NCBI RefSeq assembly: GCF_009914755.1
Contig: NC_060926.1
Strand: one strand, 5' to 3'
Length of the DNA: 64,000 nt
From: the human T2T-CHM13v2.0 reference genome, Homo sapiens
Shown here piece by piece: positions 1-13,622 of this stretch. Below the pieces are notes generated by a model that was not told the DNA's origin, searched no databases, and saw only the letters and a program-made list of their open reading frames with translations. Both the position numbers and the translations under genes were made by a program. Numbering within the stretch: the stretch's first letter is position 1; each line of letters opens with the position of its first letter.

Positions 1-544
1 ATCTCCCAAGTCCAAGTTCAACTTCTATATTATTAGACAAGGCCTCAGTGTCTTTGAACTGCAAGGAATTAATATTGATTGTAGCATGAGTAAAACCTAT
101 CTTCTACTCATCATGAAAAGTCACAGTCGTTTTGTTTAAAGACTCCAGAATTATTATAGTCAGAAACAAGAAGGTTCCACACCTATTTGGTGAAACGAGG
201 AATCAGGAATGAGCATTCCCAAGAGAATACAATTACAAAAGTAAAATCACCTAGAGTTTTTGGGCTGCTTAAAAAACCCAGAAAGAAGTGCCAAATGAGA
301 AAATAATCAAATTCAGTGGAAAAACTCACTTGAAGGTATGATGGTCAGCTGGGTTTCCACCCCTTTGTTGCACTTCAAATCCTGTGTATTCCACAAAGAC
401 TTGCTCCTTTCTAAAGGCTATGGTTCACATTCAACAGAATAGCAGCAACCACCAGGAGCCTGAGGGCTGGCTAGTCTTTAGTATTCTGCCTTATTCAAAG
501 AAAGGATCATTTCCCTCATTCCTAAAGATCTCTCAGGTCCATTA

Positions 545-727
<183 letters not shown>

Positions 728-930
728 TGGAGCTGGGTAACTGGCAGAGGTTGAACAATTTGCAGGTCTCAGAAGACAGGAAAATGTGGGAAAGTTTGAA
801 ATTCCAAGAGACTTGTTGAATGGCTTTGACCAAAATGCTGATAATGATATGGACAATGAAATCCATGCTGAGGCAGTCTCTGATGGAGATGAGGAACTTG
901 CTGGGAACTGGAGCAAAGGTGACTCTTGTC
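728..930 (+). mobile_element. THE1/MST (ERVL-MaLR) internal fragment
   Basis: ttggagctgggtaactggcagaggttg...gacttgttgaatggctttgaccaaaatgctgataatgatatggacaatgaa...gaggaacttgctgggaactggagcaaaggtgactcttg matches my recollection of THE1-int 5' sequence. Confidence 0.8.
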
Positions 931-934
931 ACCT

Positions 935-2330
935 TTGATAAGATGGTGGTTGAGGAGAGGTCTTGGCAAGCAGTGATGTGTGAATGTAGTGAGGGGCCTG
1001 AAAATGGTACTCAGAGAGGACACTGGGTTTTAGAGGCTGAAACTACAGAAAGTCCGCTGCGTTCAAGGCCTGCTTCCACCAAAATCTAGCAGTGTGGCCT
1101 CAAACCATTTCACTTCTCTTGGCCTCAGTTTCTACATCTGCAAAATGGGATTTATAATCCCACCCCAGCCCACAGAATTCAGAGTTATATGAGAAGGCTA
1201 GAAGAGCTCACCTACCAAGGGACTCTTTTAATGGCAAGGTGGGGAAACTGAGGCACCGAGAGGGCTAGGGTTCTGCTAGCTGTCACCCAGAGTCTGATGG
1301 ACCTGCGATGAGAAACCAGAACTCCTGCCCCTAGTTCCCCCGGCTTTCCTCAGGCTGGGGAGTGAGTGCGGTGAGATAGAAAGGGCAAGCCCTCCTGCTG
1401 TTTCTCTCTGGACAGGGGCGGGATGCTGAGTGAAGGGTGAAAGGAAGAGGCTGGAGAAGGGAGAAAAGCTCCAGCTCACACTAAGTCTGAAATTTTTTAA
1501 AATGCGGACTCCGTGGCCCCTCCCTTACCCGCCCCAATCCTCTCTGAAGTCCTGGTTGTGAGGGGCCAAGTCCCAAAGTCTGCTGCTCCGCCTCTCTGTG
1601 TGCAGAGCCATGGGGCCTTCACAGGCTGCAGTGGGTCCCGAGCCCCCAGGGCTGTGCCTGCTGGTCCTGACCAAGATCGCGGCTGCCGAGGTCAGTCCAG
1701 CGCCAAGGGAACAGGGCCAGGGCAGGCGGGGCAGGGCTACCCGAAGCGCATAGAGGCTGCTGGTGTCAACGTGACGTCTTCTGGGGCGCCTGGCATCCCT
1801 AGGAGTGGAAGCCGCTGATGAAGTCAAAGCTGCCTCCTCCTTCAGGAAGACTTTGCTCCCATAGCTGGCGAACAGGAAGCGGAGCAGCGCCAGGAGGATC
1901 TGCGGGCGCTGCTGAGGGCTTCTTTGCAGGGACAGTGCAGCAGGCAGCCAGGGACAAGACTGCACGGCAGCCCCCCATGGCCAGGGGAAGCTCAGAACCG
2001 GAGTCGCCCGCTGCCCGGCGATTCTCCATCCCTGGATCGGTACAGGGGCATTTGGACGCTGTGGGGAAGTCGCGGTCTGGGGATATTGGGTCCAGCCTTC
2101 GGGTAGAAGCAGGTGATAAACGCACTCAGGCCAGCCCGGAGCGTCAGCCACACTGCGGTGCCCACGATGCCCAGGGTGAGCGCCACGAGGCGCAGGAAAT
2201 TGGCTAGGGTGGGAGCTCACTGGTAGGCGGCCCTGGAAGTCAAAGATCTGCTGCTCCAGCGCTGCCACCAGTTGCAGGCAGCAGAAGGCGAGGAGCGTGT
2301 GGCACCCGCGTACTCGCCCATCGCTCCGCG
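935..2330 (-). pseudogene. NKAIN1P: NKAIN1 processed pseudogene; CDS remnant 2321->1737, 3'UTR-like sequence to about 935
   Basis: Minus strand from ATG at 2321 reads (with frameshifts) [23 protein letters not shown], then YQ*APTLANFL, AFITCFY, QILLALLRFLFASYGSKVFLKEE, SFDFISGF, APQKTS, matching NKAIN1 ([34 protein letters not shown]...VSKVFLEEEDSFDFIGGF...APQKTS). Intronless, with frameshifts, in-frame stops and an internal deletion. The 3'UTR extent is less certain. Confidence 0.9.
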
Positions 2331-2439
2331 GACCTCTTTATCCAACCTTCAATGATTATTCTTTTTATTATATTCAATGATTATTCTACTTTTCATAGAG
2401 AGCAGCTGTCAGTCCAATAACACACTTAACAAATGATAT

Positions 2440-3000
2440 ACCTAGTCCTCAAGGTTAACAAACACATGAAGACCAGCCCAACCCTGAAAATCAGTTTGCA
2501 AACCTTCGCTATATCTGATGCCATTCCTAAAAATTTTTAGGGACAAGTTTTGTTTGTGGTAAACAACAAAGGTGGGGTGTGTGCTGAGCCCAAAGCTGAT
2601 CAATTGCTCACAATTACTCATAACTACCCATTGACTTGATTTTATCAAACTTCAGACAGTCTTGTCTCCTCTCCTCAGGCCCCTGGACCTTGGCTCACCA
2701 CCTAAGACTGAACAAGCACTAAAGGACAGACCAGCCCGCTAACAGCTCACTCCAAAAATGAGCGGGACTCCCAGAGAAACTATTTTTATTGGAGCATCCT
2801 GGTTTTGCCACCTGCTCACCCCACTGCCTGTCCTTCTCTCCAAGGAGGCTTCTGCCAGCCCTGCTTGTCCTTCCCTAGAAAAGGAAAGCCTTTTCCTGTT
2901 TGATCCTGAGACACCTGTAGATTGAGTTTGGAATATTCTCCCTATTGCAATAGTATTTTTGAATAAGTTTTATTTTTCCCTACCTCTGGTTGATTTTTAA
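2440..3000 (+). mobile_element. probable ERV1-class solo LTR (MER4/MER34/MER39-like)
   Basis: LTR-like composition ending ctccctattgcaatagtatttttgaataag; subfamily not determined. Confidence 0.45.
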
Positions 3001-5659
3001 TTAATACCAGCAAGCTTGGATGAAAGCCTGCACACCTTAGGGGTGTGTGTGTGTGTATGTATGTATGTACTTTAGCATTACCATGAAAGTAATAACAGTA
3101 AAATCAAACAAACACAGATGGATAAGCAATATGTTGGACTAGTATGAAAATGGCATTGCCAGCAGTGACATGATTTTTTTTCAAAATGGTACACTTTTTG
3201 AAGTATAATCTTATTTTAACCTAAAATCTTACTATCAGAAAATGCAGTGTACATTAAAATGTTCTGAACTGCTTTTATTCATATATTAAATGGTTGTACT
3301 CAAATATCTACAAATTTGTTTTTCACTTATGTGATTGTCTTATAGAATGTCCAAAAGTCTTGCAGAATGTGAGACAATTTTCTATTGAATATGATTGCTT
3401 TATCATTGCAAGACATCAAACATCCCTGTTTCCTGCCAAATAAATGTACAATAGCAATAAATGTAAAGATGTGTTTTGTAAAAAAGATATATTTTTGAGT
3501 TACAAAACAAGGATTTTAAAACTTGAATTGTTACAGTGAATATGTCTTAATACAGGCCAGAGTCATTTAGGTAAAAAATTACCTCATATCTATTCTTTGC
3601 AGTATCACTTAAAGGTGTTTATTTAGCGGCAAAGATTTTTTTTTTTGTGCCTAGAGGCAGATATTTTGCCCCATGGCTATTTACGGTATGAAACTGTATT
3701 TAAATGAGTGTACATATATAAAAGCTGCCATTCTGGCTGTAAACTATTGCAGGTTATCAAGATTAAAAAATAAACAAATAAAAATATTTCAGTTTTTCTA
3801 TGAAATGTCTTTACTCAAGTCCAAATGTAGAGATATAAAATGCTTGAAATTCATAAAACCAAGTGTTTCACATATTTCAGTTGTGATGGCCTTTGTCCTA
3901 CTTTTGTTAGTGAAGCAGGCAGACTGCATTTTTTCCCTCTCATACACCTTCAAATGGTAGACAGAAAAATTTGATAAAACTTCTAGGGCATTATCTGATG
4001 AAACACATTAAACACTAAAAGAGAAATACAACTTCATTGTTTATAAAAGACGTATAAGAAGGAAACCTGCATACATATATCTATCAGTTTTGTATTTTCA
4101 AGAAATATTTGCCTTAAAATGAACTTCATTAGAATATGTGTTCTCCCACAGAGCCAAGGAAAGTAAGTTAGACACAGGATCTGGAAGTCTACCTGTGTGA
4201 TGTAATTACATTGAAAACATTCCACAAATAATGCAGAAATGTATCATTGTGACCCAAAATATTCTCTAAATTTTCTCAAAGCAATGTGGCCACATCTATT
4301 ATCTTTTACTATGACTAGTCATCATTCCATGCATTTGAACATTACCTCACCCATTTGCAGCCTCCTATGTCTGCAATTAATTATGGCTAACATTCTCAGC
4401 AGTCCAAACATCTTGCAAGTGACAGCTTGAAAAGGCCTACCAGAATGATGTTCACTCTGCCACCTGACTAGCTTGTCTTCCATCTAGACATTGCAGTATG
4501 TAGAAGAGTGCTTTTAGTATTATAAATTTGATCCAACACGTGTTCAATTAGATGAAATCTTAAATATTGCACTACATGTGAATTGGGAAAATGTTAATTT
4601 GCTTCTGTAGTTTTAAGTGTATTCTCAGAGGCAGATGAAGACATATTACATCACTGAGTTCAAGAAATAAAGTAAATAGAAGAAAAAAGGTGTTATTTTA
4701 GTTTGGTTATGTTTATATTTGAAGTTTTCTTTTCCAGATTTAGGAGAACCTACTAAATACACTGAAAAAAATGTGGTAGCCCTAGGTTAAATATCATACC
4801 TTATTTTTTGTTTATTAATTCCAGGGTAGAGTAGAAAAATATGCTCTCTTACATAATATAAAAATGATATGGGGAAAAGAAGTAAAAAATTAACTTAGAG
4901 ACACCATTGATTAATTTCTTTTATAAATGAAACACTAGAGAGTTTCTATTTGTTTTGACAAATAGAGAATATATTTAGAATCAATGCTTTATTTCTTGGA
5001 AAGTGGAGTGAAAAATTTAAATGTAGTATTCAGATTGTATTATAACTGTGCACTACAGATCACATACATTTGTCTTTTCTTTGTATTAGACATTATTTAA
5101 TGGTAAGCATCCTTTCAAGGGCTATTTTATATAAGTAGTAAGGTATCTGGAATTTCTGAAATAATAAAAGTGACCTAAATCACTGTGTTTGGTAAATTCA
5201 CAATACCCAAATAGCAGGAGGGGAGTGCTAGAGGTAGGGAGGAGAATGCTCATGTTCTCATTATTCCCAAACAGATTCTTAAAGTCTTCTCACTGGACAC
5301 ATGGATGCACCTCTGTAATACCCAATGTCTTAGCCACAACTGTCTGCACTTTTTAATGAGATACATTTCAACATTATTCCTTGTCACCTCAATATCAGAT
5401 ACTTTCTCATGTAATCTTTTACTTCTGAGGAGTTGAATTCTTGATCCATAAACTGAATCCATAGCTATGCATCTGTGGATGTTTTTAAATTATGTGAAAA
5501 TTTTGTATATGCATTTTTCAGGGGAAAGTATCAGATCACCCACCTGGTGATTGTGACAAAAACAATCACTCCTGTTGATATTTAAGTCTTAATTAATTCA
5601 GAAAAATTTGCACACACCCTAAGGTCAGATAGTATTTTGTACCCTACATATAAAAACTC

Positions 5660-5750
5660 CTTTTTTTTTTTTTTTGAGACGGAGTCTCACTCTGTTGCCC
5701 AGGTTGGAGTGCACTGGCGTGATCTCTGCTCACTGCAAACTCCGCCTCCC
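5660..5750 (-). mobile_element. Alu 3' fragment
   Basis: polyT + gagacggagtctcactctgttgcccagg...ctccgcctccc then abrupt end. Confidence 0.85.
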
Positions 5751-5995
5751 ATAACATTAATGATCACTGATCACAGATCACCGTAACGAATATAATAATA
5801 AGGAAATATTTTAAAAATTGTGAAGATTACCAAAGTGTGAAACCAAGACACAAAGTGAGCACAGGCTGTTTGTTAAATGGCACCAATAGACTTGCTTCAC
5901 CAGGGTTGTCACAAACATCTCATTTGTAAATAAAGAAAAAATGTTCCTATCTGTGAAGCACAATAAAGAGAAGTGCAATAAAATATGTTTGTATT
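5751..5995 (+). mobile_element. Tigger (Tigger1/Tigger2-type TcMar) DNA transposon right end
   Basis: gatcactgatcacagatcacc...cacaaagtgagcacaggctg...atggcaccaatagacttgc...cagggttgtcacaaac...aagcacaataaagagaagtgcaataaaa. Confidence 0.75.
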
Positions 5996-7214
5996 AATTT
6001 GGTTAACTTTATTCCAACTTAATGTAAATTAGTTTTAAAACAGTTTATAAAATTCTAAAATGAACCTGGCAAATTTAGAGCAATAATAACATTATTTAAA
6101 TTAGAAAAGTCTTTTTTAAAAAGGATAAATAACAAATGTCTCATTGGAATTATTAAAGTTGTTTCAAGTTCAGCTCTGAGGTTCTTAGAAACTAAAGTAA
6201 AAAAGTATGACCAGTTTCTGAAGTCAAGATAAAATCATACAATCTTTAACTTAGAAAATTATCTTCTGTGTTGTGTCCTAAGCATAAACAAATGTAAGGA
6301 CTTGCCCTGACACTCTGTAAGTAGTTCCACTCGAATACGCCCTGCAGAAATGTTTCCTGGCAAGAACAGCAAGTCAGAAGCCTTTTCAGCATGGCAAGGA
6401 GGGAGAGAGACTGAGCTATTAAAAAAAAAAAGATGAGGAGGAACAATAGCACCTTAGACAAGTGAGAAGTTTCAAAAGAGACGTATAAGGAGAGCAGTTG
6501 CAATTATAAGGAGCAAAATATGGAATGATGAAAAAAGACACTTTAAAGAAAGTTTTCCTCAGTACTTTGCAATGCACTTGCCACCTTCTGAAGAAAGCTG
6601 GCTCCTCCTGGAACCTTAGGGTATTTGGACCCATGCTTTGGAATGGGGTGACCATCTACATCAAGCTAACTTAAATTCAAATTTGTGTGCATAGGATAAG
6701 AATAATTGGGTTAAATAAAATTCACTTTTAATCTAAAATGTCATTCATTAGTTTGACCAACTTTCCTTACCACTGGCCACTTGGCCCTTGTCTTGTTTGA
6801 CCAGGGTTGTCAAACAAGGTTTGTTGTTTCCTTCTTTGAAGGAAAGAGTCAGTGTTTCTTCCATTCCAATGCATCCACTTGAGGAATTTTTAATAAAATG
6901 GGCAATGAATGGGCAGCAGAAGAAGTTACAGGCCTGCTGATCAAATGCTAAGTAATAAACCCTGGAAATTCTAAACTCGTTTGCATGAAGACCTTGCTTA
7001 TTTTGTAACTATTATGTATTATCAAACGTATACTTAATTCTTTGAATGTGTTAGTATGTGTTCAAAGTACACCTTAATTTTATATATACATATATTTAAA
7101 TTACATAAAATAAATAAGCCACTAAAAATTTTTAAACATTTTCTTATATTTCCTTTCAGTATTTTTATGTGCATGCATCTGTACTTGGTAATATTGCTGA
7201 ATGCATGTTTGCAT

Positions 7215-7500
7215 TGACAAAGCCTCTCCCCTTGCCCAAACTCTAGTCGGGATCCTCTAAGCCACCTCTCAGCCTCAGCCTTCAGTGTTCATCCTAGTCT
7301 GGCCCACATCTCTCAGGTTTAGGAAGAAACTTGCAAAGAATCCCCCACTCTCAGTACTGATCACCTTTGATATCTGATCAAATTTGTTATCTCCCACCGC
7401 CCTCCAGATGATTTCTGATCAGTCTGGCCTGCCTTCAATAAGAATCCTGTTCGATCTGTTTAACCCAAATCCCCTTTGCCCCTGATATTTCCTCTTAGTA
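7215..7500 (+). mobile_element. MER31-like ERV1 LTR, 3'-truncated
   Basis: tgacaaagcctctccccttgcccaaactctagtc...ttgatatctgatcaaatt...ctggcctgccttcaataagaatcctgtt...cccctgatatttcctcttagta. Confidence 0.7.
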
Positions 7501-7949
7501 TCCCCAGTTGAGCCAATTTTCAACCATTAAAAAAATCTTGGACAAAATTAAGTTCAGATAGGTTCCAGAGTGCTTATGTTCAGTTCTTGGCTTTCTGAAG
7601 ACCTGGCATATCCTCTTTAAATTGCCTCAATACAAGAAAATACAAAATGGAAAGAAGTAGACATTAGAAATTGGAAAAATGGAGAAATACAGGAATGAAC
7701 ATAAGTTTCTATTTCAAGTAATTAGGTAAATTGTAAGATGTTTATATTTAACTTTTTCTCATTAGCTTTAGCCCTTTGAACCTTTGAGAACATGTTATTA
7801 CTATATTTATCGAATGTTATATTTTTTATTTTAACGTAGAATGGTATTTTCACTCAAATCTCTTGAAACATATATTTATAGTCAATAGTTAAATTTTATT
7901 TAATATCAATTGTTCCTTTTTATTAGTATTTTCTTAAAAAAATAATATT

Positions 7950-8253
7950 GGCCCGGCACAGTGGTTCACACCTGTAATCCCAGCACTTTGGGAGGCTAAG
8001 GTGGGCAGATCACTTGAGGTCGGGAGTTGGAGACCAGCCTGAGCAACTTGGAGACAACCTTTCTCTACTAAAAATACAAAAATTAGCCGGGCGTGGTGGC
8101 GCATGCCTGTAATCCCAGCTACTCAGGAGGCTTGAGGCAAGAGAATTGCTTGAACCTGGGAGGTAGAGGTTGCAGTGAGCCGAGATCGCACCACCGCACT
8201 CTAGCCTGGGTGACAGAGCGAGACTCCATCTCAAAAAAAAAGAAAGAAAGAAA
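7950..8253 (+). mobile_element. full-length AluS
   Basis: Both arms, A-rich linker, A/AAAG tail. Confidence 0.95.
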
Positions 8254-8254
8254 A

Positions 8255-9300
8255 TGCCAGACATTTATTGAAGGGCTGGAATGGTATAGTGAAGTGTTCT
8301 GAGTCAGCTGGGCTCTGATTGATAAAGAGCTTGGCATGTTTGAGGGACAGCAAGGAAGCCAGAATAGCTGGAGCATAGCAGCAGGGAGACAAGTGCCACA
8401 AGATGAGCTGGAGAAAGGCACTGGGAAAGGTTTGTCTTTTAAGTGCTCTGAGAAGCAATTGAAGATTTGAAATAGAATAGTGACTTGCTTGATCACATTT
8501 GTACTTTTGAAAAGTTCCTCTGGCTGCTGTGGGGAAAGGCTTGAGTAGACGCAGGGTGGGAGAAGCTTAACCAGCAGTAGACTCTTGTAGCAGGTTAGGT
8601 GAGAGATGGTGGTGGCCACGAGTGGGCTGCTAGTGGTGGAAGTGACAAGAAGTAGAAGGATCGGAGACAAAACTTGAAGATAAAAAGTCTTGAATTTGCT
8701 GATGATTTGCATTGACGAGGTGTTGGGGGAGAGGACTGAAGGAGCAGAGGAGAGTGACAAGGGACTGGATGCCATTTATAAGGATGGGGAAGACTGGGAT
8801 GAAACCGGTTAAGGGAGAAATTTTAAACATGGCAAAATTAAGAGGGGTTTTATGTGAGAAAATGGAAATGCTAAGAAGGAAGTTGAAAATCCTGCTAATT
8901 TGGAGATCTTTGATTAAAACTAGAAATAAGAATGTGGGAAGCATCAACTTCCAAGATGCCCTCATTGTAGATAACACCATTTAGGATCTAGGCTCAAGCC
9001 CTGGGAAACTCCAGGGCTTTGGAAGTCAAATAGAGGAAGAACACGTACAGGAGATGAAGAAAGATTTAGCGAGGAAGTCAGTGAAATATCCACAGGTGGG
9101 CTGCTGCCAAATCCAGCAGAACAGTATGCCAGATGTTAGGAGCATGAGTAAAATGAGAAAGGAGAAATGGCTTTTGACAACACTTCCCTACTAATAGTAG
9201 GGAAGAAGACATAGGTACAGATTCAAGTTGATTTGAAATTATGAAAGTGAGGTAATTGACCTGCAGTGGTTGCTGCTCAGTGAAATCAGCATAGTGATTA
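8255..9300 (+). mobile_element. L2 LINE remnants
   Basis: Purine-rich degenerate L2-like motifs (gcttggcatgtttgagggacagcaaggaagccag; ctctggctgctgtgggga; tttgctgatgatttg). Confidence 0.6.
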
Positions 9301-10601
9301 CCTGAGCTAGGTTAGAGATTTGATGGGTAAGAAAGAACACCTGAGGGTAATCCTGGAGGGGGAAAAAAATAAAGTGTTTGCTGGAGAGAATGAGTTGGAT
9401 TGCTGGACTTCAATGTGTGTGGGTTGAGTTTGTGACTTAAAAATAAAACCAGTCTGTTGCTTGTGTGGCTTTTCCAAAATACTGTTATTCCATTACCTAT
9501 CTCTTACCCCAAGAGTAGTCACATTCTTATTTCTGGTTATTTTAATTCCTGGTGGTATTTTTATGTGATTAATGAGATAGTACTTGTTAATTTGATGATA
9601 TTCTAGAAACCTGGTAAGTACTATGTACCTTGTCTTAAGTTTTGGTTACTTGATTGGTAAAATTATGCATGCACCATTAAATTACCTAATTCAAAATATA
9701 TTCTTTTATTGTTTGACATTTGTCTTGTTTTTCTTTAAAATGTTATCTTTGTGGAGTAAACATTTTTCTTTATGCTGTTTAGCATCTTCAGATTAGTTCA
9801 GGGTATTGCTGAATGTGGTTGTTTGGAAGTAAAATGCTTTAGTATTAGTTATATAGATTTTAATAAGATACTACTTTCTATATAATTTATCAGGTACTTT
9901 AGGCATTTTAATTTGCAAATTTAGGACAATTTGCTTTAACGTTTCTTCACTTTTGTCCATTGGATGTAATTTCCATAAAGTATTCATTTCCCTAAGTAAA
10001 AACCGAAACCAAACCGACAACTAATGGTCACTGAAGAAAGAGTGATTAAATGCTAAGATTATAATGGTATTTGCATTTTAATGTTACCAGCTCTCTACAG
10101 TGTAAAGTTTATGCATTTATCGATTGCTTATGTTTCTCATTGCATTCTTTGGCCTACTGATTTTGGTTGTTTATAGCTATAGAATATAGAATTCCTTATG
10201 GTTATCCATTTCTCCTTTTAAGTAGAGTGATAGTTGTTAGAAGTAAAATAACCCCCCAATACTTTCTTCTAGTGTTAATTCTTAAAGTGTGATTGACTTT
10301 TATTTACTTTTTGGTGCAGTAATTGCAGTTCATGAGTCAATGTTGATGTCATATAAACCTTAATGTTTAATGTTTCATTGTAGTGATGTCTCTGTAGCAG
10401 CAAACATTTAAGTTATTTGTTATACTTAAATGTTTAAATCACTGTTAGTGATTAGCTTATTTTGCCTTCCTTGAAGCAATTTGTCCTAAATTTCCATATG
10501 TTTGCATTTGTTTTTGCTGTTCTAAAATTCCTTAGTTGCTGGCTTTGACCTTTTATGTTGCTGAGTTTTACACATCTATTTTCTCAACTGCCATATCCTA
10601 G

Positions 10602-10721
10602 GAGGCTTGGAGTACCCATAATACAGTGAGCCCACCTTCCTGGTCCCCAGACATTTCAGGAGGTCGGGAAATTTTTAAACCCAGGCAGCTTCCTGGCAGT
10701 GCCATTTGGAGCATCAAAGTG
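10602..10721 (+). pseudogene. KMT2CP: KMT2C-like exon (~15), 120 nt
   Basis: cctag|EAWSTHNTVSPPSWSPDISGGREIFKPRQLPGSAIWSIKV|gtaaat. Confidence 0.95.
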
Positions 10722-11627
10722 GTAAATAAAATTGCATTTACATTCATATATCATTTCTGTCTGATTTGTTTTTCCCTACTGGGTGTAAAGAATTAAATCT
10801 TTCTTTTCTAGATTGAGCTTCCAGAAACACTTTTTAAATCTAAAAATTTTAATGTAAAGAAATAATATGCTTGCATTTAAAAATCAAGTATACATTTTTA
10901 ATAGCTCTTTTTATGGTTAATTCCTTTTGTTGTGATTACTACCGGTTTTATGAGGGAGAAGTCCTTGACATGTAGACCAAAAGGTAATTAAGGACCTTTT
11001 CATTCATGATATCATAAAACTTTGTTGCTTAGAAAAAAGCAAAAGAAAAAACTCCATTAATTTATTATGTTCTTATGGAGAAGAAATACCAAAATTGTGG
11101 CAGATTTCATTGTCTGTTTAATACCTTAAAATGACAAGGCTTTTTCCCCCATGACATTGGTTGATGGCTGTGCCAGTCCTTGAAGTGAGTTAAGTAGTGT
11201 GATGCATTTTGAAGAGAAAAAAATTAATTTGAAAAAGTATTAACTCAAAAGTTAAAATACTTCATTGACTGGAGATGACAGTTTTTCTTCATATTCTATA
11301 TTTAATATTCTGGAATATGGCTGTTTAATTCAGACTAATCAAGGATTTTAAGGAATTCTAGATTATACTTTATTTTCTTTCATGACTGGAAGAACTATTA
11401 TTTTTTAACCTCCCTACCTCCCCCTGATATCATCCAAGATATTGAGGTATAAATATACCTCATTTGACAGTTTGGTAATATAGACCACCAATTTTTACTT
11501 ACCTTTTTTCTGGGTCAGCATTTCATGTTTGAGAAAATAAATTGAGAGATTACTGTAGTCTTGATTTTTAATCACTGACTTAATTTTTCAAAAATCTTTT
11601 ATACCAATTTAATAACAAAACAAACTT

Positions 11628-12126
<499 letters not shown>

Positions 12127-12572
12127 TCATGTGTTTCTATTTTATGCTTACAGCATCCTCATAAATTTTTGACTTGGAAACCATTCTGCTAAATAGGGAA
12201 TAAGTTCATTTCAAACTATGATAAGGGACATCAGTTGAAGATATGACATATTATTTAACTTATGGTGAGGGAAACACCTAAGTATTTTCCTGAGCATCTG
12301 GATAATTTTAAATATACATAATTCATCTACTTAGGTAGGTGCCAGGTTTTTTCAAGGAGTAATTAATTAGTACGAACAAGGGTGAGGGGGCAGGGAACAC
12401 CATACTCTGGTACTTAATGTCTGAAATTATCAGGGAATTTAACACATTTTCCCATAGGTTTATTTCTTGTGTAAGAAGTCAGATACATTATTTCCATTTC
12501 AAGTATTTGTTATTCAGATTATTTAAAGCAAAGCTTTCACCAAGCCTTTTGTCAGCTTTCCTGTAATCCTCA

Positions 12573-12875
<303 letters not shown>

Positions 12876-12899
12876 CTAGCAAAAATGAACTTTCATGCT

Positions 12900-13105
12900 G
12901 ATGTAGCAGTACAGAATATGCTTCCAACCCAGGGACGCTGGAGCCAGGCTTGCTAGCTAAGCGACCTTGGACAAGTTACTTAGCCATTTTATTCCTCAGC
13001 ACACTCATCTCAAACGAGGATAATAAAACCTACTATATGGGATTGTTGAGAGTAAAAAATACTTAGATTAGTACATAGTAAGTACTCAATAGATGTTAGC
13101 TATTA
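12900..13105 (+). mobile_element. MIR
   Basis: gcgaccttggacaagttacttagcc...ggataataaaacctac...gattgttgagagtaaa...acatagtaagtactcaatagatgttagctatt. Confidence 0.75.
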
Positions 13106-13505
13106 CTGTAATCACCGCGAGACCAGTTAATGAGAGAGTTCTTCCTTATCCTTACTCTATATTGAATACAATTTGTTGCACTTCGAAATATCTGGATAAG
13201 GCTATAGTTGTTGTCGTCACCGAGAATGTAGGAGTGGCAAAGAGAAAAATCATGCAAAGGCTTGCTGATAGCGTTCACAGTGACAGCCCGAAAGTATGAT
13301 TCTAAGGTTGTAAGCATTTTATATTTAGAATTTTAAGTTGTGGAATATACTTTTAAAGATAAAAATAATAAGCCAGGTCTCTTAATACTTATCTAAAGAA
13401 GTGTTTGTATAACATTTAATAAAATGTTTTATCTCAGTGGCATTTGGATTTAAAAATTATTTTGGGCTGTCACAGAATGTTGACTTTTCCTAATCTGTTA
13501 CATAG

Positions 13506-13622
13506 GGCCATGGGTCTGGATTTCCAGGAAAGCGGAGACCTCGAGGTGCAGGACTGTCGGGGCGAGGTGGCCGAGGCAGGTCAAAGCTGAAAAGTGGAAT
13601 CGGAGCTGTTGTATTGCCTGGG
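13506..13622 (+). pseudogene. KMT2CP: KMT2C-like exon (~16), 117 nt
   Basis: catag|GHGSGFPGKRRPRGAGLSGRGGRGRSKLKSGIGAVVLPG|gtgagg. Confidence 0.95.

Noticed and set aside
1525-2268. 247-aa minus-strand ORF
   Set aside because: Non-ATG start; moves in and out of the NKAIN1 frame via frameshifts, so it is a pseudogene remnant
2348-2387. 15-bp direct repeat ttcaatgattattct beside the NKAIN1P 5' end
   Set aside because: Both copies are on the same side of the retrocopy, so not its TSD; a simple local duplication
8119-8984. 218-aa and 116-aa ORFs
   Set aside because: Lie in L2 and Alu sequence; low complexity
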